A stretch of DNA of 64,000 nt, from positions 124,001 through 188,000 of the forward strand of contig NIVC01000095.1 of NCBI GenBank assembly GCA_002269645.1, given 5' to 3'. This document shows, piece by piece, positions 49,601-61,635 of this stretch. The notes below the pieces were generated by a model that searched no databases, was not told the DNA's origin, and worked only from the letters and a program-made list of their open reading frames with translations. Origin of the DNA: Macrostomum lignano. Lineage: Eukaryota. The number at the start of each line of letters is the position of its first letter. Position 1 is the stretch's first letter. The position numbers were made by a program, and so were the translations under genes.

Positions 49601-52600
49601 TTTGGGAGCGATTCTTAGATCACTTTGGGAGCGATTCTTGGATCACTTTGGGAGCGATTCTTAGATCACTTTGGGAGCGATTCTTAGATCACTTTGGGAG
49701 CGATTCTTAGATCACTTTGGGAGTATTCTTAGGTCAGTTTAAGAGCGATTCTTAGGTCAGATTAGGAGTGATTTTTAGGTTAGTTTATTAGGAGCGATTC
49801 TTAGATCACTTTAGGAGTATTCTTAGGTCAGTTTAAGAGCGATTCTTAGATCACTTTGGGAGCGATTCTTAGATCACTTTGGGAGCGATTCTTAGATCAC
49901 TTTAGGAGTATTCTTAGGTCAGTTTAAGAGCAATTCTTAGGTCAGTTTAGGAGTGATTCTTAAGTTAGTTTAGGAATTATTTTAAGTCAGTTTAGAAATG
50001 AATTTCAGGTTAGTTTAGGAGTGATTCTGAGGTTAGCTTAGAAATGATTCTTAGGTCAATTTAGGGGCGATTCTCAGCTCAGTTTGATCGCTTTGAACTC
50101 ACGTTGGCAACAGCTTTAAACGTCGGCGCAAACGCCTGGCAGGGCCCGCACCAGTCGGCATAAAAGTACACAACCCAGGGCTCGTCGGAGGCCAATTCCG
50201 ATTGAAACAATGATCGACTATTAAACATCAGTATAGACTGGGGCGAGAAGGTTTCCAGCCAGCTAGCAATGGAATCGCTGTTGCGGAACGGACTGTTGTA
50301 GTCGCTGAAATAAGCAAGCAAATTTCTATGTTTACTGTAAGTAGTGAAGTTAAAAAGCATGCAGTATTAAACGTATCATTATATTTACTGGTAATTTTTT
50401 GAAATTTCTACTATTAGTAGACTACTAGGATTAAAATGCAAAAAAAGTTAATATTGATAGAAACTAAACTGCTTACAAATAATCGTCTGGTCCAGTCTTA
50501 TCCACTGGGTAGGCCCTGATGGTTGGATAGGACCGGATTCCGTTCCTGCTGCACAGATTTGGATGAGTGACGCAATCCACAGCGCCAATGCGAATATGCC
50601 GATGGCCTTGAAAGTTCTGTTGGAGCGAATGGAAAGGATTTTAACTTTCCATAGACAGCTGACGGCAGTTACCAAGCATGTTAGAAGTTTTAAGACTATA
50701 CTAATTTTCCCATTGGGAAATCATCCCGGTTAAAAAATATCCCTTTAAGAAATCATCTATCCGCAGTCCAAAATATTCCATTCGGAAATTATCCATCCGA
50801 TTAAAAAATACCTCATTGGGAAACCATCTATCCCATTCCAAAATATCCTATTGGGAAATCATTCTATCCCACTAGGAAATCATCATATTCCATTCAAAAA
50901 TATCCCATTGGGAAATTATTCTATCCCACTAGGAAATCATCCTATCCCACTCCAAAACATCCCATCGGGAAATCATCCTATCCCACTAGGAAATCATCCT
51001 ATCCCATTCCAAAACATCCCATTAGGAAATCATCCTATCCTACTTCAAAACATCCCATTGGAAAATCATCCTATCCCATTCCAAAATATTATATTGGGAA
51101 ATCATCCTATACCATTCCAAAATATCCCATTGGAAAATCATCCTATACCATTCCAAAATATCCCATTGGGAAATCATCCTATACCATTCCAAAATATTCC
51201 ATTAGGAAATCATCCTATTCCATTCCAAAATATCCCACTAGGAAATCATCCTATACCATTCCAAAATATCCCACTGGGAAATCATCCTATACCATTCCAA
51301 AATATCCCACTGGGAAATCATCCTATACCATTCCAAAATATCCCATTGGGAAATCATCCTATACCATTCTAAAATATTCCATTAGGAAATCATCCTATTC
51401 CATTCCAAAATATCCCACTAGGAAATCATCCTATACCATTCCAAAATATCCCACTGGGAAATCATCCTATACCATTCCAAAATATCCCATTGGAAAATCA
51501 TCCTATACCATTCCAAAATATCCCATTGGAAAATCATCCTATCCCATTCCAAAATATCCCACTAGGAAATCATCCTATCCCATTCCAAAATATCCCACTA
51601 GGAAATCATCCTATCCCATTCCAAAATATTCCATTAGGAAATCATCCTATCCCATTCCAAAATATCCCATTGGAAAATCATCCTATACCATTCCAAAATA
51701 TCCCATTGGAAAATCATCCTATCCCATTCCAAAATATCCCACTAGGAAATCATCCTATACCATTCCAAAATATCCCACTAGGAAATCATCCTATACCATT
51801 CCAAAATATCCCACTAGGAAATCATCATATCCCATTCCAAAATATCCCATTGGGAAATCATCCTATCCCATTCCAAAATATCCCACTAGGAAATCATCCT
51901 ATACCATTCCAAAATATCCCACTAGGAAATCATCCTATCCCATTCCAAAATATCCCATTGGAAAATCATCCTATACCATTCCAAAATATCCCATTGGAAA
52001 ATCATCCTATTCCATTCCAAAATATCCCACTAGGAAATCATCCTATACCATTCCAAAATATCCCACTAGGAAATCATCCTATACCATTCCAAAATATCCC
52101 ACTAGGAAATCATCCTATACCATTCCAAAATATCCCACTAGGAAATCATCATATCCCATTCCAAAATATCCCACTAGGAAATCATCCTATACCATTCCAA
52201 AATATTATATTGGGAAATCATTCTATCCCATTCTAAAATATTCCATTAGGAAATCATCCTATTCCATTCCAAAATATCCCACTAGGAAATCATCCTATAC
52301 CATTCTAAAATATCCCATCGGGAAATCATTCCGATTTTATCCAAAACACCCTAGATAAGAAATTTTCCCCATACATTTATTACACAGTACACACAAACCT
52401 TAGCCAAGGCATTCAGCTCGGGCATAAACTCAACGCACGGCTGGCAATTAACGGAATGAAAGTACACCAGCCAGACGTGAGTCCGCTTGCTGACAGCCAC
52501 CGTGTTCTCGAAGCTATCAGGATTGAAATACACTGCCGCCGGTTTAACAAACGCTTCCGCAAAAGCCAGCATTTGGTGAGCAAATTTTGAGCCGCGAAAT

Positions 52601-55600
52601 TTCACTCGCTTTGAATTGCCCTTCAACAGCAGCAGCAGTGTGGGATAACTATTGATTGAGAACCTGTTGCACAACGCTTTGTCAATAGTGCAGTCGATTG
52701 CGCCGAAGCGTAGACGAACCCCGGCTGGCAGGTCGACGCCCAGTTCGGATTCGTAGAGGCGGGCCGCTTCGCGGAACTGCGGCAGAGCCTTCATGCAGGG
52801 CGGGCACCACTGGGTGGAGGGGTGGGGGTTTTGGTAGGTAGAGATGCACGGTGTGGCCTTGATGGGGACTGGACTGCTAGCACTATACCACTGATATTAT
52901 TGATAACCTGTCTCTCTCCTTGATTCTGCTGCTCGTGTCCCCCCTTCTGTAACACATCTCTTCTATCTTCCTTTCTCATCCATCTCCCCCTACTTCACTG
53001 CTTCTTCTCATCTCTACGTAGGTATACCGGTCTCTCTCATCACCACCTGTCACTCTCATCCCTACCTGTCTCTCTCATCCCTACCTGTCTCTCTCATCAC
53101 CACCTGTCACTCTCATCCCAGCCCCCTCTTTCATCCCTACCTGTCTGTCTCTCTCATCACCACCTGTCACTCTCATCCCAGCCCCCTCTTTCATCCCTAC
53201 CTGTCTCTCTCAACCCTACCTGTCTCTCTCATCCCTACCTGTCTTTCTCATCACCACCTGTCACTCTCATCACCACCTGTCACTCTCATCCCAGCCCCCT
53301 CTTTCATCCCTACCTGTCTGTCTCTCTCATCACCACCTGTCACTCTCATCCCAGCCCCCTCTTTCATCCCTACCTGTCTCTCCCATCCCTACCTGTCTCT
53401 CTCATCCCTACCTGTCTCTCTCATCCCTACCTGTCACTCTCATCCCTACCTGTCTCTCTCATCCCTACCTGTCTCTCTCATCACCACCTGTCACTCTCAT
53501 CCCAGCCCCCTCTATCATCCCTACCTGTCTCTCTCATGACCACCGGTCTCTCTCATCCCAGCCCCCTCTATCATCCCTACCTGTCACTCTCATCCCTACC
53601 TGTCACTCTCATCCCTACCTGTCTCTCTCATCACCACCTGTCTCTCTCATCCCTACCTGTCTCTCTCATCCCTATCCTACCTCTCTCATCTTTACCTCCC
53701 TCTCTGAGCCCTAGCCCATACCTCCCTCTCTTATCCGTACCAACCGTCACTTCGCCCTATAAAAATGCAAGCACTTACCGGAGCAAAAAAAGTCCAAGAA
53801 CCAATAGGTGCCGTCAGGCGCGGAATCCACCAGATTGGCAAAAGTCTCGCCTGTCAGTCCGGTCATTGGATTGGCGATGGCGGCCAATGCGAACTCTTTG
53901 ATGTCCATGTAGTGAACTTCGCCTGAAACGGGTGCGTGACAGCTATATGGTGATCAAGATGCTGAGCTAGGGCGTGGCCAATGACTGGCAATGGCGCTCA
54001 AAAGTTTTGTGCCCTTGTGCTGGCGCGCCAGCACCAAAGGCTTTAGCACCAGGGGCTTTAACACCAAAGGCTTTAGCACCAGGGGCTTTAGCACCAGGGG
54101 CTTTAGCACTAAAGGCTTTAGCACCAGGGGCTTTAGCACCAGGGGCTTTAGCACCAGGGGCTTTAGCACCAGGGGCGCCAGCACCAGGGGCGCCAGCACC
54201 AGGGGCGCCAGCACCAGGGGCGCCAGCACCAGGGGCGCCAGCACCAGGGGCGCCAGCACCAGGGGCTTTAGCACCAGGGGCTTTAGCACCAGGGGCTTTA
54301 GCACCAGGGGCTTTAGCACCAGGGGCTTTAGCACCAGGGGCTTTAGCACCAGGGGCTTTAGCACCAGGGGCTTTAGCACCAGGGGCTTTAGCACCAGGGC
54401 TTTAGCACCAGGGGCTTTAGCACCAGGGGCTTTAGCACCAGGGGCTTTAGCACCAGGGGCTTTAGCACCAGGGGCTTTAGCACCAGGGGCTTTAGCACCA
54501 GGGGCTTTAGCACCAGGGGCTTTAGCACCAGGGGCTTTAGCACCAGGGGCTTTAGCACCAGGGGCTTTAGCACCAGGGGCTTTAGCACCAGGGGCTTTAG
54601 CACCAGGGGCTTTAGCACCAGGGGCTTTAGCACCAGGGGCTTTAGCACCAGGGGCTTTAGCACCAGGGGCTTTAGCACCAGGGGCGCCAGCACCTCAGCA
54701 TCTCTATCACTCTCATCTGTATCTGTGCAACTCTATCAACAGTCTCACTCACCATAATAAACTTCAAAATCGCCAGTTCGTTTGATCAGCACCGCGGCAG
54801 GCTGGTGCTGCTGTTTCTTGGCACTGCGAAGAATTGGCAGTCGCTGACACAGATTGCGAGTCGATTGATCAGCTGAGTTACCGCAGGCGAGACGAGCAAC
54901 TCGAATTTTATGAGGCTTCAGCAACGGCTCCAGGCGTTTGAGCTGGGCGTCGGCGTTCGACGAAGTGGATGATGAAGCTTCGTCGAGTAGTAGCAGGTGA
55001 GCTTGGCGGAGAGAACCGCCCTAGAGACAAAGGCGGGAATAAAATACGGTTTAAACATCCTCTGCTTTTGCACATCCCCATGCATTAAAATTTTCCAATC
55101 CCATCGGAATCCCTTTTATATCCTGTTCTCAAAAAGATGGAGTCTCTTTCACGCAGAATCCAGCCATCCTTTCAAAATCACCCCATTCCCTCAGCAACTC
55201 CTTATCCGTTCAGAATCCTCCCCATCCCCTCAGAATCTCCCCATCCCCTCAGAATCTCCCCATCCCCCCAGAATCTCCCATCCCCTCAGAATTTCCCTAT
55301 CAATTCAAAATCCCACTACTCCTCAGAATCCCGCCGTCAAAAACAACTCACATCAAACACGGCAGTAGCTAGTCGGTCAGCAACCCGTCCTTCAACAGCG
55401 GGCAGCGGCGGCAGCAGCCTCAGCACTCCGCGCACGGTCTCCTGAGTGTGCAGCGATGTCACAGGCAGTCCGGCAGCTCCGAGAGCGTCCAGATCTACGC
55501 CGCCGCTGTTGGCGTTCACAAACAGGCGAGCAGAGGGCGCGTGCGCTCCATCAGCTCCGGCGCCGCTAGTGGCAGATGACGCCGGGTTCAACCGACTACA

Positions 55601-58600
55601 CAGGGCGGCGTCTTGACCGCAGTCGACTCGGCCGACGCCAACGTAGCCGTGGAACACGAAGGCCAGCTTTTTTAACGTTCTCTGACTGAAACAGTCCACA
55701 GCGCCACGACCGCCGCAGAAAGTCACAAGCCAGTGCGCCGGGGCCGATTGATCGGACAGGCGGCTCAGTACATTCGATTCGGTTAGTTCGACGTGGCTTT
55801 GTTCGATACGGCGCAGAGCGGCGTCCAATAAAGACTCTTTTGTTAGCGGGCCCGTGTACATGCGGTGGCCCTGCGGGTCAATTCAGATTGCGCAAGATGA
55901 GTTGCTATGCTAATTGAAATATCTAAATTTGTCTCGGTCAGGCAGTCTGCTTGAGTGTCCTGGACTTGTCTGTCTGTCTGTCAAAGTGTCTATCGAATTG
56001 TCTGTCTGTCTTAGTGTCTGTCTACTTGTCTGTCTGTCTTAGTGTCTGTCTACTTGTCTGTCTGTCTGTCTGTCTTAGTGTCTGTCTACTTGTCTGTCTG
56101 TCTGTCTTAGTGTCTGTCTACTTGTCTGTCTGTCTGTCTTAGTGTCTGTCTACTTGTCTGTCTGTCTTAGTGTCTGTCTACTTGTCTGTCTGTCTGTCTT
56201 AGTGTCTGTCTACTTGTCTGTCTGTCTGTCTTAGTGTCTGTCGACTTGTCTGTCTGTCTTAGTGTCTGTCTACTTGTCTGTCTGTCTTAGTGTCTGTCTA
56301 CTTGTCTGTCTGTCTGTCTGTCTTAGTGTCTGTCTACTTGTCTGTCTGTCTGTCTGTCTGTCTTAGTGTCTGTCTACTTGTCTGTCTGTCTGTCTTAGTG
56401 TCTGTCGACTTGTCTGTCTGTCTTAGTGTCTGTCTACTTGTCTGTCTGTCTTAGTGTCTGTCTACTTGTCTGTCTGTCTGTCTGTCTTAGTGTCTGTCTA
56501 CTTGTCTGTCTGTCTGTCTGTCTGTCTTAGTGTCTGTCTACTTGTCTGTCTGTCTGTCTTAGTGTCTGTCTACTTGTCTGTCTTAGTGTCTGTCTTAGTG
56601 TCTGTCGACTTGTCTGTCTTAGTGTCTGTCTTAGTGTCTGTCTACTTGTCTGTCTGTCTGTCTTAGTGTCTGTCGACTTGTCTGTCTGTCTGTCTGTCTT
56701 AGTGTCTGTCTACTTGTCTGTCTGCCTGTCTGTCTGTCTGTCTTAGTGTCTGTCTACTTGTCTGTCTGTCTGTCTGTCTTAGTGTCTGTCTACTTGTCTG
56801 TCTGTCTGTCTGTCTTAGTGTCTGTCTACTTGTCTGTCTGTCTGTCTGTCTTAGTGTCTGTCTACTTGTCTGTCTGTCTGTCTTAGTGTCTGTCTACTTG
56901 TCTGTCTTAGTGTCTGTCTTAGTGTCTGTCTACTTGTCTGTCTTAGTGTCTGTCTTAGTGTCTGTCTACTTGTCTGTCTGTCTGTCTTAGTGTCTGTCGA
57001 CTTGTCTGTCTGTCTTAGTGTCTGTCTGTCTGTCTGTCTTAGTGTCTGTCTACTTGTCTGTCTGTCTGTCTTAGTGTCTGTCTACTTGTCTGTCTTAGTG
57101 TCTGTCTTAGTGTCTGTCTACTTGTCTGTCTGTCTGTCTTAGTGTCTGTCGACTTGTCTGTCTGTCTTAGTGTCTGTCGACTTGTCTGTCTGTCTTAGTG
57201 TCTGTCTACTTGTCTGTCTTAGTGTCTGTCTACTTGTCTGTCTGTCTGTCTTAGTGTCTGTCTACTTGTCTGTCTTAGTGTCTGTCTTAGTGTCTGTCTA
57301 CTTGTCTGTCTGTCTGTCTTAGTGTCTGTCGACTTGTCTGTCTGTCTGTCTGTCTTAGTGTCTGTCTACTCGTCTGTCTGTCTGTCTTAGTGTCTGTCGA
57401 CTTGTCTGTCTGTCTGTCTGTCTTAGTGTCTGTCTACTTGTCTGTCTGTCTTAGTGTCTGTCGACTTGTCTGTCTGTCTTAGTGTCTGTCTACTTGTCTG
57501 TCTTAGTGTCTGTCTACTTGTCTGTCTGTCTGTCTTAGTGTCTGTCTACTTGTCTGTCTTAGTGTCTGTCTTAGTGTCTGTCTACTTGTCTGTCTGTCTG
57601 TCTTAGTGTCTGTCGACTTGTCTGTCTGTCTGTCTGTCTTAGTGTCTGTCTACTTGTCTGTCTGTCTGTCTTAGTGTCTGTCTACTTGTCTGTCTTAGTG
57701 TCTGTCTTAGTGTCTGTCTACTTGTCTGTCTGTCTGTCTGTCTTAGTGTCTGTCTACTTGTCTGTCTGCCTGTCTGTCTATACAGACACACAATTTAAAC
57801 AATTACTAATTGCCTAATTACAGGATAGAAAAAAAAGACGGGCGGCTCGGCGTTTCGCAGTTCGGGAATATTCTCGCACAGGTAGCCGGCCTCTTGGCAG
57901 TCGATTGCAGCCACGCGGATAACGTCCTCCAATTCGTGGCCGACCTCGCGCCACTGCATAATTATAAAAATGATACAAGATAAATAATAAAACAATATTG
58001 TTTATAAAAAGTTAAGTAACAATTCGTTTAACACTGGCAATTGGAAATTTTCTGCTTTGTGTCGACATCTTTTACTAATATAACTTACAATACACTGCCT
58101 TCAGAGTGGACAAAACAATACAACAGAGTTGAGGGACCAATGAAGACCAGAGTGTACATGTCAGGGCCGCTTTGCACCCTGTGTGAGCGTGTGTATGAGA
58201 GCGTGCCTATGTATAGTATTGGAGCGCTTGTGTGCGCTCAACAGTCAGTGGAATGAGCAGAAATAATCTGGGCGCTGCCAGCTGTGCCAGTAGTTGCGAA
58301 AATGTAGTCTACTATTTTTTCAGTAGTTTGTCTGCGCAGCATTATTTAAATTTATTGTGGGAGCAAAAATTTCCCTTCTTGCCTTGCGGTTTGCGGCCTC
58401 AGAGGTACATGGGGTTAAGAATGAACAGCAAGCATTTAATTCAATGTACACAAGTGAACGCAAGACGGACGAAACCCAGCCTAGGGGGCAGGCCCAATCC
58501 AGCTCAGCCAATGTAAGGAGAGAGGTCAAAGTCAGACGGACAAAAATCAGCCTAGGGGCAGAGCGCAGACTCAATCTAGCTCAGCCAATGAGCGAGCAGT

Positions 58601-59516
58601 AAGGAGAGAGGTTAAAGGCAGACGGACGAAACTCAGCCTAGGGGGCAGGCCCAATCTAGCTCAGCCAATGAGGGAGCAGTAAGGAGAGAGGTCAAAGTTA
58701 GTCAGACACGAGGTAAGAGGAAAACCACTCTTTATCGGCCTGGCTGGGGGCTGGAGCGTAACTTTTTTTGCTGCTCGCTATGCACACGCACTGTGGATTT
58801 GAGTGCAGCTTTGAACGGGGTGAAGATGCAAATTTAATCACAGGTCTGCTTGTCGAAAGCCAGATAACTTTGTTGCAGCTTCAAAAACTTTGCATAATCT
58901 TGTAAAATTTATTAAATTTTGTATCTCAAGGCAAGAATTAAGGAAATAAAGATAAGCGAATTTTCCCGAGTATCTGTGATATATCTCCACTAACCATTTG
59001 AGCAAATTTCTCGCTTCGAGTCACTTGCGAAGCGTAGAAATTAACAAACCAAATCTGGCCGTCTCCACCTTCGCCGATATTCCTAGAAACAGATTCGTAT
59101 CTTTCCGGGGTTAGTTTGACAATCTGAGGATCGTCGGCAAACAGACCGCCAGCTTTCTCAGCCCCGTGCGCCCGTTCGTACTGCTGGCCCTCCTCTTCGT
59201 GAGCTTTAATGCCGGCCTCGCCAAATCGATCGTAGCGTTCGCGTAGTTCGGGACTTTTCAAAACTTCATAGGCTCGATTTATTCGCATGAACAGAGCATT
59301 GGCTCCAGGGTCTGCTTTATTCCTATCCGGGTGTTTCTCCATCACGAGCTTTTTGAAGGCCTTTTTAATCTGTGCAGCGGTGGCTGTTCTAGACACGCCA
59401 AGCAAGGTATAATAGTCTTCGCTGCCAGATGCGGCCAATGTTGAAGTGCATAGCAACAACAGCAACAGCAGTGATAGAAGCAGACATGGCCGAATCAATA
59501 ATTTCAAAGTGTGCAT
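46661..59516 (-). CDS. DNAJC10: DnaJ homolog subfamily C member 10 (ERdj5, J-domain plus thioredoxin domains), about 895 aa; exons 59516-58995, 57953-57822, 55870-55352, 55020-54753, 53922-53779, 52809-52399, 50616-50477, 50304-50103, 48943-48830, 46897-46661
   Basis: Signal peptide, J-domain (DYYTLLGV...HPD...RAYEVL...RYDRFGE), Trx motifs WCPPC, CQPC and WCGPC, C-terminal ER-retention-like HDEF. GT-AG junctions are in phase except for one extra base in a T7 run in exon 5. Confidence 0.93.
46950..47800. repeat. 28-bp minisatellite (GGCTGGCCCAGCAACTGACACTCTGGGA) in the last DNAJC10 intron
   Basis: Tandem units with 26-28-nt variants. Confidence 0.95.
48107..48815. repeat. 28-bp G-rich minisatellite (GGCTGAGCCTGGGGTCTGGGAGGGCGGT)
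   Basis: 28-nt period. Confidence 0.95.
48960..50075. repeat. 23-bp minisatellite (TTTGGGAGCGATTCTTAGATCAC), homogeneous core with degenerate edges
   Basis: 23-nt period in 49300-49720. Confidence 0.93.
50710..52330. repeat. 36-bp minisatellite (GGAAATCATCCTATACCATTCCAAAATATCCCACTA)
   Basis: 36-nt period (12-aa repeat in the ORF track). Confidence 0.96.
53020..53665. repeat. ~19-bp C/T-rich minisatellite (CTCTCATCCCTACCTGTCT and variants)
   Basis: Tandem variant units. Confidence 0.9.
54036..54690. repeat. 15-bp minisatellite (GCACCAGGGGCTTTA) with a block of GCACCAGGGGCGCCA variants
   Basis: 15-nt period. Confidence 0.96.
55190..55335. repeat. Short ~19-bp repeat (CCCTCAGAATCTCCCCATC) in DNAJC10 intron 3
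   Basis: About 6 diverged copies. Confidence 0.75.
55960..57785. repeat. Compound (TCTG)n / TCTTAGTGTCTGTCTACTTG micro-minisatellite in DNAJC10 intron 2
   Basis: Fixed core with a variable number of TCTG units. Confidence 0.96.
58408..58830. mobile_element. Second copy of the 80-bp-array-carrying element (about 3 units)
   Basis: Flanks GGGGTTAAGAAT.AACA.CAAGCATTTAA and GGATTTG.GT..AG.TT..AAC.GGGTGAAGATGC match 16280-16875. Confidence 0.7.
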
Positions 59517-60469
59517 CTTTTTTATAACAGTTTAGGCTGCTGAAATATATATTTACATTTTATTAGAGCTCTATTCTTGCCTTTGAGATTATACAGATAG
59601 ATAGGTGCGAGTATCTACTATAAGAGTATTAGAAGTACTTGTTTTTGGCATATTGGGTTAGGCACATTCACTTTAGTATACAATACAACCTGGCACAAAA
59701 GTGACCTGACACCAAAGTATCTGGCACCAAAACATCTAGCATTGAAGTGATAGTAGGTCTATTTAAGAAAGATACCCAATTAGACTTACAATAAAAAATA
59801 GACTTAAGATATAGTTGTAAGAAGACATTGCAGGAATCTAGAAAACTTATGTACTTGCCTGCATATTTCATGGTAAACTTGCCCAACTTTATAACAACAA
59901 GAAAACTTAAAAATGCACGATTGAAGTTGAAAATAAAGCACTTTGCCCCTAGTCTAGTCAGGATAGTGTTTATTTAGAATAAAGATCAGAACTTCCTTTT
60001 ATAGCAAGCTACCATAAAGATGAAGTGGACATGATAAGATTGTTATAGTATGTATGAACATTGTTTTTTATTGTTGCAACCACAAAAAACTTGGCAATCC
60101 TCTAGTTTTGCACATTTGAATATTTTATAATAGATAATCCTAAAACTTGCATGCAACTTTCTGTTCCAAAACTGTCATGCAAAGATTCCATTCTAGTCCA
60201 GGCAAATAATTTCAATTTAAAAGACTATAAATATAACAAGCTGTTGAAACCTGCAGATTTTGAACCCGGCGAATTCCAATCCCTGGAACTATTTTTGCAT
60301 GTATTCTAAAATCTGAGGTCAAACTCAAACAAAAAACTTGTTAATAGTTAGGATAGAGTTAAACATAAAAATAGAGTACATTCGTGTAAAATTAGTATTT
60401 GAGGCAAACATTGATCTTGTTGTCTGGGGTTCTGCGCAGAATGTCAGGCAAACTCTGGTCTCTACCTCT

Positions 60470-61635
60470 GCCTCTCCCTATGTCCCTTGGATTCTTTGAA
60501 ACATCTATTTTCTCTTCTGTTCCCTCTCTTCTCTCCCATCTCTTCTCTCTCTCCTCTCCGCTCTTCTTTCTTCTCCTGTCCCCTCTTCTCTCATCTCTCC
60601 CTTCTCCCCTCTATTCTTTTCTCATCTTTTCTCTCTCATCTCCCTGCTCTCTCCTGTCTCATCTCTTTTCTCCTCTCTAATCTCTCCCCTCTTTCCTCTC
60701 CTCTCTAGTCTTTTCCCCTGTCCTCTCGATTCTCTTTCCACTTCCTCTCTCCTCACTCACTTCTCTCTCCCTTTGTCTCATCTCATCTCTTATTTCTTAT
60801 CTTTCCTCTTTTCTCTCTACTCTCCCATCTCTTGTCTGTTCACTCTCGTTTCTGCTATCTCATTTCCCCTCTCTCATCTCTCATCTTTACTCTCTTATAC
60901 TCGTATGTTGTCTCACCTCTCTCCACTGTACTCTTCTCTTCCCCTCTTGTGACTCCTCTCTCCTTTTTTCTTTTCTCTTCTCTTCCCTCTTCTAAACTCT
61001 CTCCCTCTCTTGTCTTCTCTTTCCTCTCATATATCGTCTGTTCATTCTCATCTTTGCTCTCTCATCCCCCTCTCTCTTCTGTCTCTTCTCTCTCCTGTGT
61101 ATTTTCCCCTCTTCTGACTCCTCTTTCCTTACTCATCTCTTCTCTTTCCTCTTCTATACTCTCTCCCCTCTATTCTCTTCTCTCGTCTTTCTGCACACCC
61201 TGCTCTCTATTCCTTAATGTCTCATTTTTCCTTTCATCTCTCTCATCTCTACAATCTCATCTCTTTCTTCTCTCCTCCTCTTCCTTTCTCCTCTCTTCTT
61301 TCTCAACTCTCTCTCTCCTCTCTCCCCCTCTCATCTCCTCTCTATCCTTTCTAATCTCTCCTCTCGATCTCCTCTCTGTTTTCTCATCTCTACTCTCATC
61401 TCACTCTTCTATACTCTCCTCTCTCATCGATCATCTGTCTTATCTCTCCCCTCTTCTCCCTCCCTCTTCTCACCTCTACTCTTTTCTCTCTCCTCTCTCC
61501 CCTCCTCTCGCTTCTTCCTCCCATATTCTCTGCTCTCTCTCCTCACCACCCTCGTCTCTCCTGTTATCTTCTATCTTTTCTCTTACCCCCCTCTCGCCCC
61601 TCCTCTCTTTCTACCAGTCTATTCCTTCTCCTTTC
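60470..61635. repeat. ~1.1-kb degenerate polypyrimidine (CT-rich) / polypurine tract
   Basis: Strongly C+T-biased plus strand with no fixed period. Confidence 0.9.
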
